Below, piece by piece: positions 38,610 to 50,729 of a DNA stretch of 64,000 nucleotides. Where the stretch lies: contig NIVC01000042.1 of the NCBI GenBank assembly GCA_002269645.1, positions 124,001-188,000 of the forward strand, in the 5' to 3' direction. The notes below the pieces were generated by a model. That model was not told the origin of the DNA, did not search any database, and worked only from the letters and a program-made list of their open reading frames with translations. The DNA comes from Macrostomum lignano. Taxonomy: Eukaryota. Made by a program: the position numbers and the translations under genes. Within the stretch, counting starts at the first letter, position 1. Every line of letters begins with the position of its first letter.

Positions 38610-39942
38610 CGAGGGGATCGAAGTAAAAAAGTAATGATAATTTTGTTGTAACGGCTAATAGCTCGTAATATAAGAGGTATTGAACTGCAACTTGTTTCAT
38701 TTGAAAAAAAACATTTTTGTTCTTTATTTGACAGTTTTGGTTCTTCTAAAGTGATTGATTTCTGCATGGTGACACTGTAATCACAGTATACCCTTTGAGA
38801 AATAGAAAATTCAAAAAATCGAAGCTTGCACTAACATGAAGTTTCTTGTGAAACTTGGTTGGAAGCCGACCGAAATCATTGACGATTTGAAGAAGGTCTA
38901 CGGGGACATTGCTCCACCAGATCCGACCATTTACCGATGGATTCAGGCTTTTAAGGAAGGCCGAGAGTCTGTGGAAGACGCTCAGCAGTCTGGAAGGCCC
39001 ACAACATCGCGCACAGAGGAAAATGTGGCAGCTGTGCAGCAGGTACTTGAGCAGGATCGGCGCGTGACCATAGGCGATATTTCTGACCAAGTGAGCATCT
39101 CTCATGGCAGTGCTCACTCCATTGTGACGGACTGTCTTGGTCTGAGCAAGCTGAGTGCCCGCTGGGTCCCGCGGCTGTTGCGGCTTGCACACCGGGTTCG
39201 GCGCACTGAGTGCGCCATCAACCTGCTGAACCACTTGGACGCTGATTCAGAAAACTTTTACCTGCGCTTAGTAACCGGGGATGAAACATGGATATTTCAG
39301 TACAATTCCGAGTCCAAGGTCCAATTCAAGGAGTGGCTGCCACAAGGTCTGCAGCGAAGGTCTTGGCGACCATCTTCTGGGATGTTGAGGGAGTGGTGAT
39401 GGTGGACTTCTTGGAAAGCCAGAAGACCATCAATGCCACCTATTATATGAGTTGCTTCTGTGAAAGCTCCGCTCCGAACTGGTCAAAAAGCGACCTGGCA
39501 AGCTGCACCGTGGGATTCTCTTTTACTACGACAATGCACCAGCAAGGACTACTAGACTAAGTAATAACGAAGTGTTCCTAGTGGTCCTTGTGCACCAGCC
39601 CACACTTCTCGGCTCTGCCGTGAAGTCCTGCGAGATTTCCGCTGGGAAATCCTCCAGCATCCTCCATATAGCCCTGATTTGACTCCTTCGGACTTTTTTG
39701 TTTCCCAAGCTGAAGGAAGCAATCAAAGGAGTCCAACATGAGGACAAAGAGGCTGCCAAAAAGGCTACTGTACTGTGGCTTGCTGTACAGCCTCCTGAGT
39801 TCTACGCAAACGGCCTGGAGAGATGGCGATACCGCATGGAGAAGTGCCTGACCCTGGAGGGGGACTATGTAGAAAAGTAGATTCCCATTTGAAGTTTGAC
39901 ACTCGTGAGAACAAAATTATCATTACTTTTTACTTCCCCTCG
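38610..39942 (+). mobile_element. Mariner (DD34D, SETMAR/Mos1-like) DNA transposon with frameshifted transposase
   Basis: TA TSD (38608-09, 39943-44). TIRs CGAGGGGA(TCG)AAGTAAAAA(A)GTAATGATAATTTTGTT and its reverse complement. Transposase from 38836: SGRP, WVPR, VTGDETW, DNA..H, HPPYSPDLTPSDF and GDYVEK* spread across frameshifts. Confidence 0.93.
39543..39590. mobile_element. 48-bp hAT-type micro-element inserted in the mariner
   Basis: TIR CAAGGACTACTAG...CTAGTGGTCCTTG (12/13 match) flanked by 8-bp TSD TGCACCAG (39535-39542, 39591-39598). Interrupts the DNAPAH motif. Confidence 0.85.
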
Positions 39943-41180
39943 TATGTTTTGGGTCCAAACGTCACCCGACAAGATCGAACACACTGGCGCTGTGTGAAAC
40001 GGCCGGCGGGCCGTCCGTGTGCGAGGTCGGCAGTTGAAATATCCGGCGCCTTTAGTGCGCGGAGCGGCCACTCCTATGAATCACGACCAAACGTTGATGC
40101 GAAGAGGCGCATGCAGCAGGATGTCACTGAAGCAGCGCAAAAACCACAACAGCTAATTGACTTGGAATTCGACCTATATGAGGCCTACTATGAGGCCTAC
40201 TAAAGTTTGATCCAGCCCTGCAGTTGGTCGCTATTTCTTGGTGCTTAGTATAACCGACACTACGAAAAATGTTAGGATTACATTTAACATTCAAAATTAA
40301 TGAATTGAGTAAGAAGAAAGACTCAAAAGCCAAAGCCAAAGCCAAATTTCAATGCTGGTAATGATAATTGATAAAAAAGTACGATAAATTGAGAATTCAA
40401 CGTTAGAAAAAAACGATTTGCCATGCGCATCTTTCTATGAAGTCAGAAAATTTTTAGGCTATTTTGTGTAAAGAAACCAGCGGCGCAAATAAGGGGAAAC
40501 AGGTATATATCCACCAAGATTGTCAGAAAGTTTAAATTATACATTCACTACTAGCTATACCCCATTTGTACATAGTGTGTAGGGTACTATAAGTTTTGAA
40601 AAATAAGCACTATCGCCATTCCAGGATAATTCCTTGATTAAAGTTCCTGTGTACGCCACTGAAAAGAACATTAGGTCCATCATTAGTTTTTAGTCTTTCA
40701 ATACTTACTTACTAGTAGTACACTCGTCAGTTTAGCTAAAGAGCTGCCATGGGAGAAATAAAAGTTTATCTAATGAGGTAAAAAATATTTGTTCGGCCCA
40801 GTTTTCAGTCAGAATTTCTTGGTTCTAAAGCCGTTACGCGTCATTAGGCGAGTAATACAAAGCTAGTATCAATAATCATACCGATCATCGAGGAGGCGCT
40901 ATCAGAAAAAAATATCATTTGTTCCAGTAAATATTTCGAAGTAAAATTTTCCTGACGCTCTACTGTCAGTAGAGTACTGTACTACTCTAGAGTACTATTA
41001 TATAAGACACATTTTTAACGTTGAAGATGCCCATCCCTACATCTATCATTACGCTTGCATTTCTCCCGTATTATAGTGTACATGTATGAAAGAGCAACCT
41101 GTAAATATAAAGTAAACATTTAAATTCTTAATTCTTATACCATTTCGGCATTCGACAATTTATATTTTTATTACAGTCTA

Positions 41181-42250
41181 TTATAACTTCTCAACATAAT
41201 TTCCACCCAAATTGGAGCACTTCTGCAGGCGCTGGAACCATGCGTCGAAGCACCGCCTGAGATCAGCTTTGGTGAAGCTGTCCAGCTCAGCTTGCAGCGC
41301 AAAAACTAGCTCCTCCCTCGAGTCGAAGCGCTTCCCCTTTAGATTTTTTTCATCCTGGGAAAGAGGAAAAAGTCGGCAGGCACCTGGTCCGGCAAATATG
41401 CCGGAGGCGGCAGTTGGACGAGGTGGGTCGCCTGAAGAAACTCCTGGGTCACTCGTGCCCAGTGCGCCGGAGCGTTCTTCTGATGGAGGAAGATGCCTTT
41501 GTCGAGCGTCTTCGGCCGCTGCTGTGCAAGCGCCTGCAGAACCTGAGGCAAGCAGACGGTGCTGTACCATTCTGCCGTCACTGTGGCGCCTTGCTGCAGC
41601 AGCACTGGCGGCAGGATGCCGCTGCGTCGGAAGAAAATGGCCGCCATCACTTTGCCGACGCTGCGCTCGCGACGAAATTTGAGAGGAGCATCTTCCTCGT
41701 TGGTGACCCACTGCCGACTCTGCTCCTTGGTCTCTGGGTCGTAGAAGTAGACCCAGGTTTCGTCACCAGTGAGGATGTTATCCACCAACTTTGAGCGGCC
41801 TCCGTCAAACCTGGCCGCCATGAGGTCGGCGAGGTCGGCGAACGCATCTGGTCAACGCTGGTGGGGCACCCAGCGAGCGGACAGCTTCCTCATGCCGAGG
41901 TGCTGGTGCAGGATCATAATGATGGTGGAATTCGACACCCCGACGAGCTGCTCCAACCAGCGAATCTTCACTCACTGATCTTCGTCCACGTGGCGTCGAA
42001 CAGCAGCAACGATTCCGTCGGACACGGCCAAACTTGGCCGCCCCTTGCGAGGATCGTCGTCCTACTATGATGGCGCTTGATCCTGAAGAGCCTCACGCAG
42101 CTTCTGGAGGCAGGCGGCCGCAAAGCTGCCCAACCGAAACAGGACCAGGTTCGCCACTTGCCTGTCGCGGTCAGTCAGCTGTGGCAGGGGGGGAGGTACT
42201 TTTTCAGCCAAATTTTAGCCACTGCGGCGCATCATTACGACAGATTAAGC
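41181..42250 (-). pseudogene. Second, degraded mariner transposase
   Basis: DDDPRKGRP, HLGMRKLSARWVPH, ILTGDETWVYFYDPETKEQSRQW, HQKNAPAH (catalytic D lost), ADFFLFPRMK and GGNYVEKL. Frameshifts and stops. TIRs not securely seen. Confidence 0.88.
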
Positions 42251-43793
42251 TGAAATTTTACAAGCAAACGTAGAACATCCAACCCTAACTGCTGGTTAGG
42301 TTTCGTTTGATTTGCTCATTTTTAAGCTGCACTTTCCGGGAACTTAATAAGCATACGTAGCCAGCGTACGTGTGCTGGCTATGCACCGAAATGATAAAAG
42401 TATTTACAGACAAAGAGTTGCTTTGCTCCACTCCGATGAGGCCTGTCCATCCTTCAGTCAGTGCTCTCAACTGGACGGCATCGTTGTGCTTCATTCACTA
42501 AAAAACGCGTTCACTCAACGAGAGTTTTCCATATTCTCAATGCACACCAATACCTCTAGACCTTTCCTACATTTACGCTCGTAGCTATACATGTACAATC
42601 GGGGAGAAATGGAGTAGGAGTAGTTGTAAAGTACTAATTTGCATCTTCAGAAGCTTGCGTGTTTTATTTTCTAAGGGCTGCGGGGCCTCAGTCAAAACAC
42701 GCGAAACAGAAACTGCTTTAAAGAAATAAAGTACATTTTTGTAAGAAAAATGAATTACGGAGAAATATATACTGAGGTCAAGCGAAGCTCCTGTGCGATA
42801 CCAGTCTTTCATATGGTCTGATTCAAATCAAATCAAATTGAGGTGCAAAATAACAAAACAAGCGATTTATACCATTATTACAGTTGCTATGCTGTTATTA
42901 TCTTACAGTTTTGTGTGATTGCTATAGCTGCCACGGTAAAGAGCTAGACGACGCTAGATATTTGCAACTCTAATGACTATTGCAAAATTTACAGTGGCTC
43001 TCTAGCTAGGCTAAGCAAAACTGCTGTCCAAATTTACCCTGTGAGACAGAGCAGGCTGGCTTCAATAGTTTTTCTGTGCTAATTGAATGGTTTAGGTAAG
43101 ACAACGCTTTACAATAAAAAGTGACCAGGGTGGCGCCGTTTAGTAAGCTTGCGATGGGTCTGCGCGATTCTGCCTTCATTTTGGCCGTTTTCTGCAGTCC
43201 CTGACGAGTGAGTGATTCAGAATTTTTCTTTCTCACATAAACAGATGCAGCTTTATGTGAGACTCAATTGTCCAGCTGCATAAGAAATGGACAAACTCAA
43301 GTGAACTGAGGCGGAAAGTTATGCTAGCCCCAGGCAAAGAAAAAATTTGCAGTTCTATTTAGGCTTGTTGCAGACAATAAGGAATATAGTAGCAATGCCA
43401 GGCTACGAGCCAGCAGCTAGAATGCCAGAACTGTTTGGGTTGGTTTTGAACAGGAGGGCACAAAGCGCATCAAATTTTGCTAACTCAAATATGAGCTACT
43501 CAAAAGGCAAGGCTTAGTTTTTTTAAGTTCATACGTACGTAACAGCATAGTGTGCAGCTTCATTCAAGCTGAAAGGAGGTTTACAGTAGCCGCTGAAATG
43601 CCATAAACATTGCTTCTACCTCATACCTGACAGCCAACCAACCCCATCTCACTGTCCACCCAGCTTCATTTAGCTGGAGCAGCCATAAATAACACACCTG
43701 CCCGGCCTGCAGACCATTCTGCACGAGCTATACGCCACAGGTGACGATACGCCAGCATCTGATAGTCAGGTCAACTATAGCTATACTGACGCA

Positions 43794-45913
43794 ATGGAAG
43801 CCTTCAAGGAAGCCTGGTTCGCCATTGACACTCAGGGCAAGCTGCAAATCAGCGCAGAAGATCTGCAAGCCTACATGCAGAAGAACAACTACGATGAGAG
43901 CTTCGTGAATGTGAGTTGCTCGGGTGGCCTCAGGGTCCAATAGATGGCCAGAAACAGCCAAAGCCTATTACTAGAGCTGCTCATCGCACATTGCAGAAAT
44001 GGTTGAACCTGTTCGACGAAGACAAATCGGGCACCATTGAGCTGGAAGAGTTCTGCGATGTGCTCGGACTCAACTATAAGGAGACGTGAGAACTATAAGG
44101 ATACGGTCCACTTCTGGGGTTCAAACGGGTTAGAGGTCCTGGCTTCTTATTGGAGGTCAGGTGATCGGGTTCGAGGTCAGGTGATCGGTTCAAGGTCAGG
44201 TGATCGGGTTCAAGGTCAGGTGATCGGGTTCAAGGTCAGGTGATCGGGTTCAAGGTCAGGCATTCGAGTTCGAGGTCAGGTGATCGGTTCAAGGTCAGGT
44301 GATCGGGTTCAAGGTCAGGCATTCGGTTTCGAGGTCAGGTGATCCGGTTCGAGTTTACCTAGTGTTTCATGCCGGAATTAATTCTTTATTATCAGGTTTT
44401 AAGTTCGAGTCAAAACTTAAAATATATGTTGGAAAACTAGAAATCTAGAATATCAATAATAATAACCAAATATTGTTTCTCGTCCGGTTTTGTGTTCCCC
44501 GAAACCGAAAAAAGGAGTAAACCCAAACGAACCCGATTCCAGGATGAGTGAAGTCCGCGAGAAAGCGGCCAGCGGCGGCATGCCCAACGGCGTGGTTGTC
44601 GTCTACGCTGAGATGGAGCTCTCCTGGCAGATTAAGATCGCCCAGCTCTGCCTAGAAGGACTGCGCGTCAATAAAAAAACTAAGGTTCGTATTATAATTA
44701 CAGATTCGTAGAGTGGTAATGCGTCTAATTCTCGTAACTGAAGTTCCCGAGTTCGATTTTTTCGTAGCGGGTACATTGGATATGGGTCAGCCAACCCCTC
44801 AGGGCACTTAGGCAGGTTTACATGCCATCCTCTCTGGGTTTGGCCAAATTTGGCATGAAATCCCCATTTCATGATATCAAATCCAATCCATCTATCGGAT
44901 GTCAGGATTTCTAGTCAACTAGCCAGACAAGCTAGTGACTTCGTGACTCCATTTCGGTGCTAAATTAAGTGTACATCCACCATCCGGTTGGTTTCTTTTG
45001 AAACGTGAACTTTTAAAACTTCTCCAAAGTGAAGGCAGCCAGGCACCACGATTTCCGCATAGAACCAGAACTGCCTAGCGCAGCCCGATGTCAACTTCAG
45101 TTCTCGATCTCTTATAGGACTCTCTGAAAAGGAGACAGGAGACAGCCCAAGACCCGCTCTGAACCAGCCTGTCGAAACCAAATCGGCAGACCCAATCACC
45201 CTTTTCCCGCGTCCTCTTTAAATTTTCTCACTCGTCATGGTCCACAATAGCGAAAAAACCATCATTCTTACTTTTTGTCCTCCTCTCTGTGCTCCTCCGC
45301 AGAATTTTAACAAAAGCAGAAGTCACTATGGCCCTCTAACAAACTAAATATCAACTAGCTGGATCAATTGCAGGGCTAACTATGACCGATGTCCTATAGG
45401 TCGCAAAGAACCGTCATTTACTCAGCTTTTTCATTCCAGCATTCAAATTGTCTCTCATTTACACCAACCTTTTTTTACACTTTTACTGACTTCACTCTTA
45501 CCCAAATATTGAAAATTTTATCTTTTTTTTCTTTTTTAACCAAATCTTTTTACAATGCGTAGACAAAGCAGTAAAGCTGGTATCTAAATTCGTACTCCCT
45601 GTCCCTCTGTACGCATATGTCCGATATCTCTGTGAGGACCCAGTAGCCCAAAGCCCCCTGCGAACTATAACTGAACTTATAAACTACTAATCATATCAAA
45701 AATAGTTATGAAATCATAACAAATTTGTTTAAATCATTACAGGACGTCCCCATCTGGGTTAAGAAGAAGGCTGACGAAATGTACGGCCGCCTCTGGCACC
45801 TGGTGCTGCTGAATGGCCAATTCTGGTGCGACTTCGGCTACGCGCCCGGCCACGCGTTCATCTTCAAGTTTGAGAAGCACATCTTCCTGATCTGGAAGAC
45901 GCCCCTTCCCTAG
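43794..45913 (+). CDS. TAL-like protein A: EF-hand pair + dynein light chain-like domain (~172 aa; may have an extra 5' exon)
   Basis: Exons 43794-43910, 43997-44085, 44543-44684 and 45743-45913 (phases 0,2,0). EF2 loop DEDKSGTIELEE followed by FC..LGL. C-terminus YGRLWHLVLLNGQFWCDFGYAPGHAFIFKFEKHIFLIWKTP resembles the schistosome Sm22.6 C-terminus. The frame is open upstream to an acceptor at 43740. Confidence 0.88.
44155..44345 (+). repeat. 20-bp minisatellite (GGTCAGGTGATCGGGTTCAA) in TAL-A intron 2
   Basis: About 9 units starting ~70 bp after the donor. Confidence 0.93.
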
Positions 45914-46261
45914 CTGAACTAAGGAGGCCTGGTCCCGGACTCAACAGTAGAACTGTCATACTTAGAACAAAACTCAATAACAAATATTAAATGTTTTTCC
46001 AATAGGATTACTAATATAATTAGGTAATAGTCATAGATCTACCCAATCAAAATTATAGCTAGACCTATGATCAAATTTATAACAATTCCACCAAATACAA
46101 ACAACTGACAGCCATAAAACAATTAAATTTTTTGTTTAAATGCACAATCCGTTCATTTTATCCTTTTCTAAACTAGAACAACAAAGCGGCTTATTTGTAA
46201 GTGAAATTAATAAATAATATAATTTCAACTGAGGGGGACGCGGATTTTAGCGATAATAGTG

Positions 46262-46775
46262 GAGGCGCCATATTATACACGAGCGGGGCGCCCTAATGTA
46301 CATGAGAGGGGCGCCATAATATACACGAGCGGGGCGCCATAATATACACGAGCGGGGCGCCATAACATACACGAGCGGGGCGCCCTAATGTACACGAGAG
46401 GGGCGCCATAATATACACGAGCGGGGCGCCATAATATACACGAGCGGGGCGCCATAATATACACGAGTGGGGCGCCCTAATGTACACTAGAGGGGCGCCA
46501 TAATATACACGAGAGGGGCGCCATAATATACACGAGAGGGGCGCCATAAGATACACGAGAGGGGCGCCATAATATACACGAGCGGGGCGCCCTAATGTAC
46601 ACGAGAGGGCGCCATAATATACACGAGAGGGGCGCCATAATATACACGAGAGGGGCGCCATAATATACACGAGAGGGGCGCCATAAGATACACGAGAGGG
46701 GCGCCATAATATACACGAGAGGGGCGCCATAATATACACGAGAGGGGCGCCCTAATGTACACGAGAGGGGCGCCA
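46262..46775 (+). repeat. 23-bp minisatellite (GGGGCGCCATAATATACACGAGA)
   Basis: About 22 units. A C-rich CTCAAATCCGCCCCTG MITE-like end follows at ~46880-46896. Confidence 0.96.
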
Positions 46776-48494
46776 TACTGGGAAAACTGAGGGTGGTGAG
46801 GACCTTTTTTAGCCCAAAGGAAAAGGGGTAACATCATCGCCAGCTACAAAGGAAGAGGCGGCCGCCCCCCACCCCCCCCCCTCAAATCCGCCCCTGCTTT
46901 TGTCTAATCTTTGGTCTAAATCAGGTTTTTAGTGATCAGATGTTGCAACAAGTTACGATTAGTGGCAAGTCCAGACTATCTGTGAAATTTGTTGGTTCGT
47001 TAGCAAAGCTGGAAGAACACAAAGTAACTAGAGCTAAGAGTAATCAATCATGAAGTATCAAACACAAACAACATTGAAATCGATTATTAATAACAAAATA
47101 CAAAGTAAAGATCAAATCGTGCCATTTAGGCTCAAAACCTGCTAAATATAAAACGTGCGATTGCTTGCCTACTTACAGCAGTGCATGGCGAGAGAAAAAC
47201 GATAGCATACACAACAGAAATAAACGAAAGAGTTCAGTAAATAACGTTCGGGAACACACAAGGATCATCTGGTTGAATAGTTCATCAATAGTTAAATCTC
47301 TTTTTTTCCTTTTCTGTCAGTTGCCGCAGAAGCTCGGGCATCATTCAGAATGCTTGGATTGGACAATTCTGCGTCAATCAACTGTTGCTGTCTCTAGACC
47401 AGACCAGTCCACTGACTATCTGCCTCTAGTATTGATTCCGGAGTGAAACATGGTTAATTCCGATTAACCCATACCGATATGACGGTTCATAGGGCCTTTC
47501 GTTACAGTGGAATGGCCAAATGTCTATGGTCAAAGCTCACTGAAAAATGAAGCCTGAGAATTCAAAACCTGTGAACCGGTGAACAGGTCTCAGAAAGAGG
47601 CCTGAGGACAGAGCAAGAAGCGAAAAAGCGAAAAAATGTGTATTTTTTAAAACTGAACTGAAACTGAAACTGAGCATGAAAAATACAGTTTTAATGAATA
47701 CACTGAGAATACGCAACCGTGTTGTTCTCACCGTTTATGAACACCCGCATCTTTTCTTCGAAACTAATTGAGCGGCATTTTCTGCCTTTGCCTCTCCTCA
47801 AACTATGTTGTTAAACACCTTGATTGTCCATCGCAGCTTCTTGCGCGTTGACTCCGGCTCTAATTCGTTCCCGGAGACGATGTCAAATCTTGAGGGCTCA
47901 TGTTCTCTTACTCCTACTCATTGTTGTAGGTTGTGCAGCCAGTCCACTCGCTCTGTAACCTCTGCCTTATCCCTTCGTTTTGCTCCTATAAAATAGTATT
48001 GTCTTTGCCTCTTCTAATTCTGTGTCGATGGCAGAAAGGGCTGTCTGCCTACTCTTCGACTAGTAATACATTTTCCGTTCAATTCTAACAAACCTCGCAT
48101 TCAATTTTATCCCAACATTTTTCGGCGCGCTGTTTTTTAGTGTACTGTATGAATCATTAACAGCCCCCCTCAAGCTAACAGCCATATACTAAAAATGTTT
48201 ATGGCTCTCTATATCATCCCTCTTTAAACTGAGAGCACTCTTTGAAGTTCGCTTCCAGAAGACAAGTGTGATATCTTAATAACTGAGGCAGTAGTGTTGA
48301 ATGATAGGAGTGAGAAAAGTGCTCGCTTGAGAGCTTGGCTGACTTTTGTTTATTAGTTTAGCAATGAGGTGGTGCATGGGTGCAGACAGATACAAGCGCG
48401 CATGGTGTGGGGTTGAGTACAATTCACTAAGCCGGTAAATAACAATGACAGGCTTTTACTGCGGCCTCCAGGTCTTTGTCGATACTTGGGAACA

Positions 48495-49510
48495 AGACGG
48501 GGGCGCTTTCATTAGGCCGAAATTTCACTTCGCCGAAAAGCAGCCTCTTTCACTAGGCCGAAACTTCACTAGGCCGAAACTTCACTTTGCCGAAATGACT
48601 AGCATGCTCTTTCATATGGCCGAAACTTCACTAGGCCGAAACTTCACTTTGCCGAAAAATGATTTTAGCAGCCTCTTTCACTAGGCCGAAACTTCACTTT
48701 GCCGAAATGACTAGCATGCTCTTTCATATGGCCGAAACTTCACTAGGCCGAAACTTCACTTTGCCGAAAAATGATTTTAGCAGCCTCTTTCACTAGGCCG
48801 AAACTTCACTAGGCCGAAACTTCACTTTGCCGAAATGACTAGCATGCTCTTTCATAAGGCCGAAACTTCACTAGGCCGAAACTTCATAATGCCGAAAAAT
48901 CATTTTAGCAGCCTCTTTCACTAGGCCGAAACTTCACTTTGCCGAAAAATCATTTTAGCAGCCTCTTTCACTAGGCCGAAACTTCATTAGGCCGAAAAAT
49001 CATTTTAGCAGCATCCTTCTTACTAATGGTCGAAAGGGTATGTGCACTTTAAGACTCCAAAATGGAACCGCAAGCAAGCAGTGGCGATTTCTCTCCACCA
49101 GTTTCTTTATTTTGACCTAAGTGTTACTGCTACTAAAGTGGGAGCACGATATTGTCACTCAATATTGCACCGGCCTTCGCAAGGCGCAACCAGAGCCCAT
49201 CGGGTTAAAGCCCATTAAAGTGCCAATTTACACTTTTACATTTACGCTACCGTGAAATCCGCTGCTGATCTGGATCGTACACGTAGACTTAATCAAGTTA
49301 ATTAAATTAATTTTACTGTGGCGTAACATGTCGTACTCAATAAAAATTTTCGCTCTATATTTCTTATTTCTAAGACTCCATGTCAGTTTCGGCCTAGTGA
49401 AAGAGGCTGCTAAAATGATTTTTCGGCAAAGTGAAGTTTCGGCCTAGTGAAGTTTCGGCCTTGTGAAGGAAGATGCTTTCGGCAAAGTGAAATTTCGGCC
49501 TAGTGATACC
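48495..49510. mobile_element. Fold-back element with modular arms (CACTAGGCCGAAACTT / CACTTTGCCGAAA)
   Basis: Left arm 48495-49010 is an array of these modules. Right arm 49385-49510 carries their reverse complements and ends TTTCGGCCTAGTGATACCCC. Confidence 0.8.
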
Positions 49511-49514
49511 CCCC

Positions 49515-50680
49515 TACAAGACGTAGCTTCTCGCGAGGGCGCGCATGCGGCTGATGCCAGGGTGGGCTTGGTGCAGCTCGTTCAACACTTGTCGCAGGGC
49601 GGCTGGCATCACAACTTGAGCGCCCTACAGCACGCAGACCTGGTCAATGGACAGCTCGCTCTGGCGCCTGGCGAAGCCGGTCAGGTCGGCGCAGATGCTT
49701 GAACCCGTCTGCAGGCAGCGCAGCACGCGACCTAGCACCGCATTCGTCCTGGTGAGCCACGCTACCGTTGCTGCAGTGGCGGCCGAACCTGCACCCTCGT
49801 CGATCAGCAGCGAGTTAACCGCTGTCTCCTCCTCGGACTTCTGCGGCAATGGCAGCCGGGACAGCGAGGCGAGTCGCAGTTGGGTGCTTCTCCGTCGGCC
49901 GAAACTCAAGCGTGTAGTCATAGCTCACCAGCCGGATCATCCACCGCTGCATGCAGGCTGCAGCGTGTGCTGGGATCCCTTTCGCTCGCTTAGTAACCCG
50001 AGTAGCGGCAGGGGATCAGTTACCATGGTGAATCTCCGGTCGTAGAGGAATTGATGGAAGCGGTGCAGCCCGAACATTATGGCCAGCGCTTCCTTGTCGA
50101 GCTAGCGAAGCGGTTCAGGGTGCGGCTAGCAAATGCCACTGCGCAGTCTTTGTTGTCGATGCGATGGGACAAAACCGCTCCCACTCCGTAAGGTGAAGCG
50201 TCACACTCGAGTGGCAGCGGCAGATCCGGATTGTATAGTGCATCAGCACTGGTGAATGGAGCAGCAGACGCTTAGCCTCGCTGAAGGCGGTTTGCTGCGG
50301 CTTGTCCCACTTCCAGCGAACGTCCTTAGCCAGCAGCTGATTAAGCGGCGCCACTACGGTGGAATAGTTGGGCAGGAACCGGCCGTACTGGGTCAGTATG
50401 TCCTTCGGCGCTGGGGCGTCTTGAATTGCGGCCACCGGTTAGCAGGTTGAATCCACATGCGTCAATGCGATAGCCCAGATACTCGACTGAGTCCATGAAC
50501 AACTGGCTCTTTTGCTTGTTCAGTCTGACTCCCGACTCAAGGAGGCGCTGAAAAAACTTCTTCCAGGTTTTTCTTATGTTGCTGCATCGTCTTGCCGGTG
50601 ACCAGAATGTTATCGACAAACACCTGGACAGAGTCGAGATCTAGCAAGGTGACTAGCGTCCGTTGGAAGATCGCGTGTAA
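49515..50680 (-). pseudogene. Gypsy pol relic (RT-RNaseH-integrase zinc-finger region)
   Basis: Frameshifted FVDNIL, FQRLLESGVRLNKQK..FMDSVEYLGYRID, YGRFLPNYSTVVAPLNQLLAKDVRWKW, and ELH.AHPGI.RMRALARSYV. Truncated at the fold-back element. Confidence 0.85.
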
Positions 50681-50729
50681 GCAATGCATGCATTGGCGTT
50701 GCTTCTAGTCAATGGTTAAATAGTACATT

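Larger units (their letters stand above)
37994..40203 (+). pseudogene. MULE-like relic with PHD finger and FLYWCH domain, split by a mariner
   Basis: 37994 MADLCAICKTVVRPRKHGLLCDGCYQWVHRE (PHD half, followed by GTAAC donor). FELLPGASEKGKDLL...GEY (38540-38609) joins in frame to VLGPNVTRQDRTHWRCVKR...C...H (39945 onward) when the mariner is removed. AATTCGTCAACA repeats at 37690-37800 may be subterminal repeats. Confidence 0.6.
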
